Source: a virus (lineage: Duplodnaviria; Caudoviricetes). From it: DNA of 36,975 nucleotides. The stretch spans positions 1 to 36,975 of the IMG/VR virus record IMGVR_UViG_3300037043_000408; one strand, written 5' to 3'. The notes below the pieces were generated by a model. The model saw nothing but the letters and a program-made list of their open reading frames with translations, did not search any database and was not told the origin of the DNA. The position numbers were made by a program, and so were the translations under genes. Positions 35,172 to 36,975 of this stretch are shown here, one piece after another (position 1 is the stretch's first letter; each line of letters opens with the position of its first letter).

Positions 35172-35657
35172 ATGGCCATGACTGATGACACCGACACACT
35201 GCCGCCCCGCCGCCAGCCCGGCGAGACGATGGATGACTGGCGCCCGCGCCGGGACGCGCTGGCGCGGCAGCTGGCGGGGCTGGCAGAGCCGGAGACCAAC
35301 GGCGCGGTCGAGACCCTTCGGGCGCAGCTCGTCGAAGCGATCCACCTGATCACCGGCCTGACGGAAAACCAGGGCACGCTGCGCGGCATCGTCGAGGAGC
35401 AGGCCGAGATGATCGGCCTGCTGGTGTCGCGCACGCGCGCGGCGCCGGCCGAGACGCCGCGCCTGGTCGATCTCGCCGACGGGCGCCGGTTCGCGATCAC
35501 CGGCCGGGACGTGCTGACGCTCTGCCTCGGCGTGACCGTTGCGGCGCGCACCGGCGGCGCCGTGGATCTTCCGCTGGCGGACGGAACCGTCGCCGAGGCG
35601 CTGCGCATCGGCGAGCTGGCGGAGATCTCCGCGCAGCTGATCGGCCCGCCGGAATGA
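35172..35657 (+). CDS. Hypothetical protein (coiled-coil N-terminal half)
   Basis: GAGG RBS; ATGA overlap with the endolysin. Confidence 0.7.
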   Translation: MAMTDDTDTLPPRRQPGETMDDWRPRRDALARQLAGLAEPETNGAVETLRAQLVEAIHLITGLTENQGTLRGIVEEQAEMIGLLVSRTRAAPAETPRLVDLADGRRFAITGRDVLTLCLGVTVAARTGGAVDLPLADGTVAEALRIGELAEISAQLIGPPE

Positions 35658-36244
35658 GCGAGGCGCTGCCCACCCTTGTGCCGGTCGGCGAATATGTCGC
35701 GGTGGGCGATGCGCTGGGCGTTGCGCCGGTCCTGTTCCACGCGCTGTCGAAGGTCGAAAGCCTGGAAAATCCCCAGGCGATCCGGCGCGAGGATCACTGG
35801 TGGCGCAAGATGCGGTATGCGAGCCGCGCGGCGCAGGCCTTCGACCGGAGACCCAACCCGAAATCCATGGAGGATCGCTGGAAGATCTTCGGGGAGATGG
35901 ACGCGGTCTGCCAGGCAGACGCCGAGCTGAACCTCCGGGCACGGAATGCCGCGATCCTCTGCCACTCCCTCGGCTGGTCGCAGATCATGGGCTTCAATCA
36001 CCGCCATTGCGGCTTCGATGATCCGCGCAACTGGCTGGCCGCCGTGCGCACAATGCAAGGCCAGCGCGAGTGCACGATCGCCTTCGTGACCGACAATCCC
36101 GTCCTGCTGGCCGCCTTCCGGCGCCGCGACTATCCGGTGATCGCGCACCATTACAACGGCCCGGGTTACCGGGCGAACAAGTATGACGAGAAGCTGCGCG
36201 AGACCGTGCGGCGGACCGAGACCTCGGGGGTGTCCTATGCTTAG
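35654..36244 (+). CDS. Endolysin, N-acetylmuramidase (DUF3380 family)
   Basis: KVES, SLGWSQIMGFNH, YNGPGYRANKYDEKL. Confidence 0.9.
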   Translation: MSEALPTLVPVGEYVAVGDALGVAPVLFHALSKVESLENPQAIRREDHWWRKMRYASRAAQAFDRRPNPKSMEDRWKIFGEMDAVCQADAELNLRARNAAILCHSLGWSQIMGFNHRHCGFDDPRNWLAAVRTMQGQRECTIAFVTDNPVLLAAFRRRDYPVIAHHYNGPGYRANKYDEKLRETVRRTETSGVSYA

Positions 36245-36782
36245 CGCAGTGTTCAGTGGACTGACGACCAAGGCCGCGATTGCGTCCGGCCTGATCGGCG
36301 CGCTGCTGGCGCTGGCGCCGGCGACGCTGGCCGGGCACACGTTCGGCTATGGCAAGGCGACCAAGGAATTCCGGCGCGACCGGGACGCGGCGCTGCGCCG
36401 CGAGGACATCGCCCTGCAGCGCGAAATCGCCCTGTGGACGGAGCTGGCCGCCTCGCGCGCGATGCAGGTGGTGCTGGTCGAGGGCACCGAACGGTTCTGG
36501 GATGTCAGCGCCGAGGCCCAGGCCGAGATGCGCCGCGAGCTGGGCAAGCACAAGGCGGCGTCGAAACGCTCAGCAGACATGGCGGCCGATGCGATCCGCC
36601 GCCTCGGGGAGATCCAGCATGAATGGAAAGATGTGGAAGTGCCTCGGGTTGTGCTTGAGCCTTTCTGCCTGCGCGACCCCGGAAAAGCCGGTTGTGATCC
36701 CGCCGCCCCCGGAGCCGGTGCTCCTGACGGTGTGGCGCTTCGCAAGCTCGCCGCCGGAGACGGGGGCGGTGTGGACAAATGA
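36237..36782 (+). CDS. Rz: Inner-membrane spanin
   Basis: N-terminal TM, then coiled coil and C-terminal Cys; follows the endolysin. Confidence 0.75.
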   Translation: MLSAVFSGLTTKAAIASGLIGALLALAPATLAGHTFGYGKATKEFRRDRDAALRREDIALQREIALWTELAASRAMQVVLVEGTERFWDVSAEAQAEMRRELGKHKAASKRSADMAADAIRRLGEIQHEWKDVEVPRVVLEPFCLRDPGKAGCDPAAPGAGAPDGVALRKLAAGDGGGVDK

Positions 36783-36975
36783 GGACGGCCGGCCCGAGAC
36801 CCTCCCGCCGCTGCCGGCCTGTCCGGCGCTGCGCTATGGCATGCTCAATGCCGAGCTGCTGGTGGCCTATGAGCTCTGCCGGACGGCGCAGGAAGCGGCC
36901 GCCGGCCGCGTCGGCCTCTGGGAATTCTGGGCTGAGACGGAACGCGGGGCGCACCAGCGCCTCAAGGAAAAGTGA
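36631..36975 (+). CDS. Rz1: Outer-membrane lipoprotein spanin, overlapping Rz
   Basis: MWKCLGLCLSLSAC lipobox, Pro-rich, starts inside Rz in another frame. Confidence 0.8.
   Translation: MWKCLGLCLSLSACATPEKPVVIPPPPEPVLLTVWRFASSPPETGAVWTNEDGRPETLPPLPACPALRYGMLNAELLVAYELCRTAQEAAAGRVGLWEFWAETERGAHQRLKEK

Noticed and set aside
32628-36975. Diversity-generating retroelement, expected from the BPP-1-like architecture
   Set aside because: No reverse transcriptase motif and no TR/VR repeat pair seen in the window

Overview
The whole window is one nearly complete temperate phage or prophage. It is very GC-rich, and the gene families suggest an alphaproteobacterial host (inference). From left to right it holds: a tyrosine integrase operon; a divergent cassette of small membrane proteins; a leftward early operon (xis-like HTH, Ala-repeat protein); a cI/cro switch with 17-bp operators; a rightward early/replication operon (Toprim primase, P-loop helicase, iteron-rich origin-like region); terS/terL; a podovirus structural module of the T7/BPP-1/epsilon15 type (portal, scaffold, capsid, tail adaptor, nozzle, ejection proteins, tailspike); and lysis genes (muramidase, Rz, Rz1). 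I saw no RNA polymerase, reverse transcriptase, tRNA, CRISPR array or att site. The most notable items are: (i) an expanded ejection-protein cluster carrying ADP-ribosyltransferase-like, metallopeptidase and transglycosylase domains, including an apparent extra cargo protein; (ii) an RHH protein with a five-box operator array between the integrase operon and a micro-peptide/membrane cassette; (iii) an identical 12-bp late-promoter motif at three sites; (iv) a split nozzle gene; (v) a pure (GCG)n poly-Ala tract; and (vi) several unannotated small ORFs and RNA structures. All family assignments come from motif recognition by eye, not from database searches.
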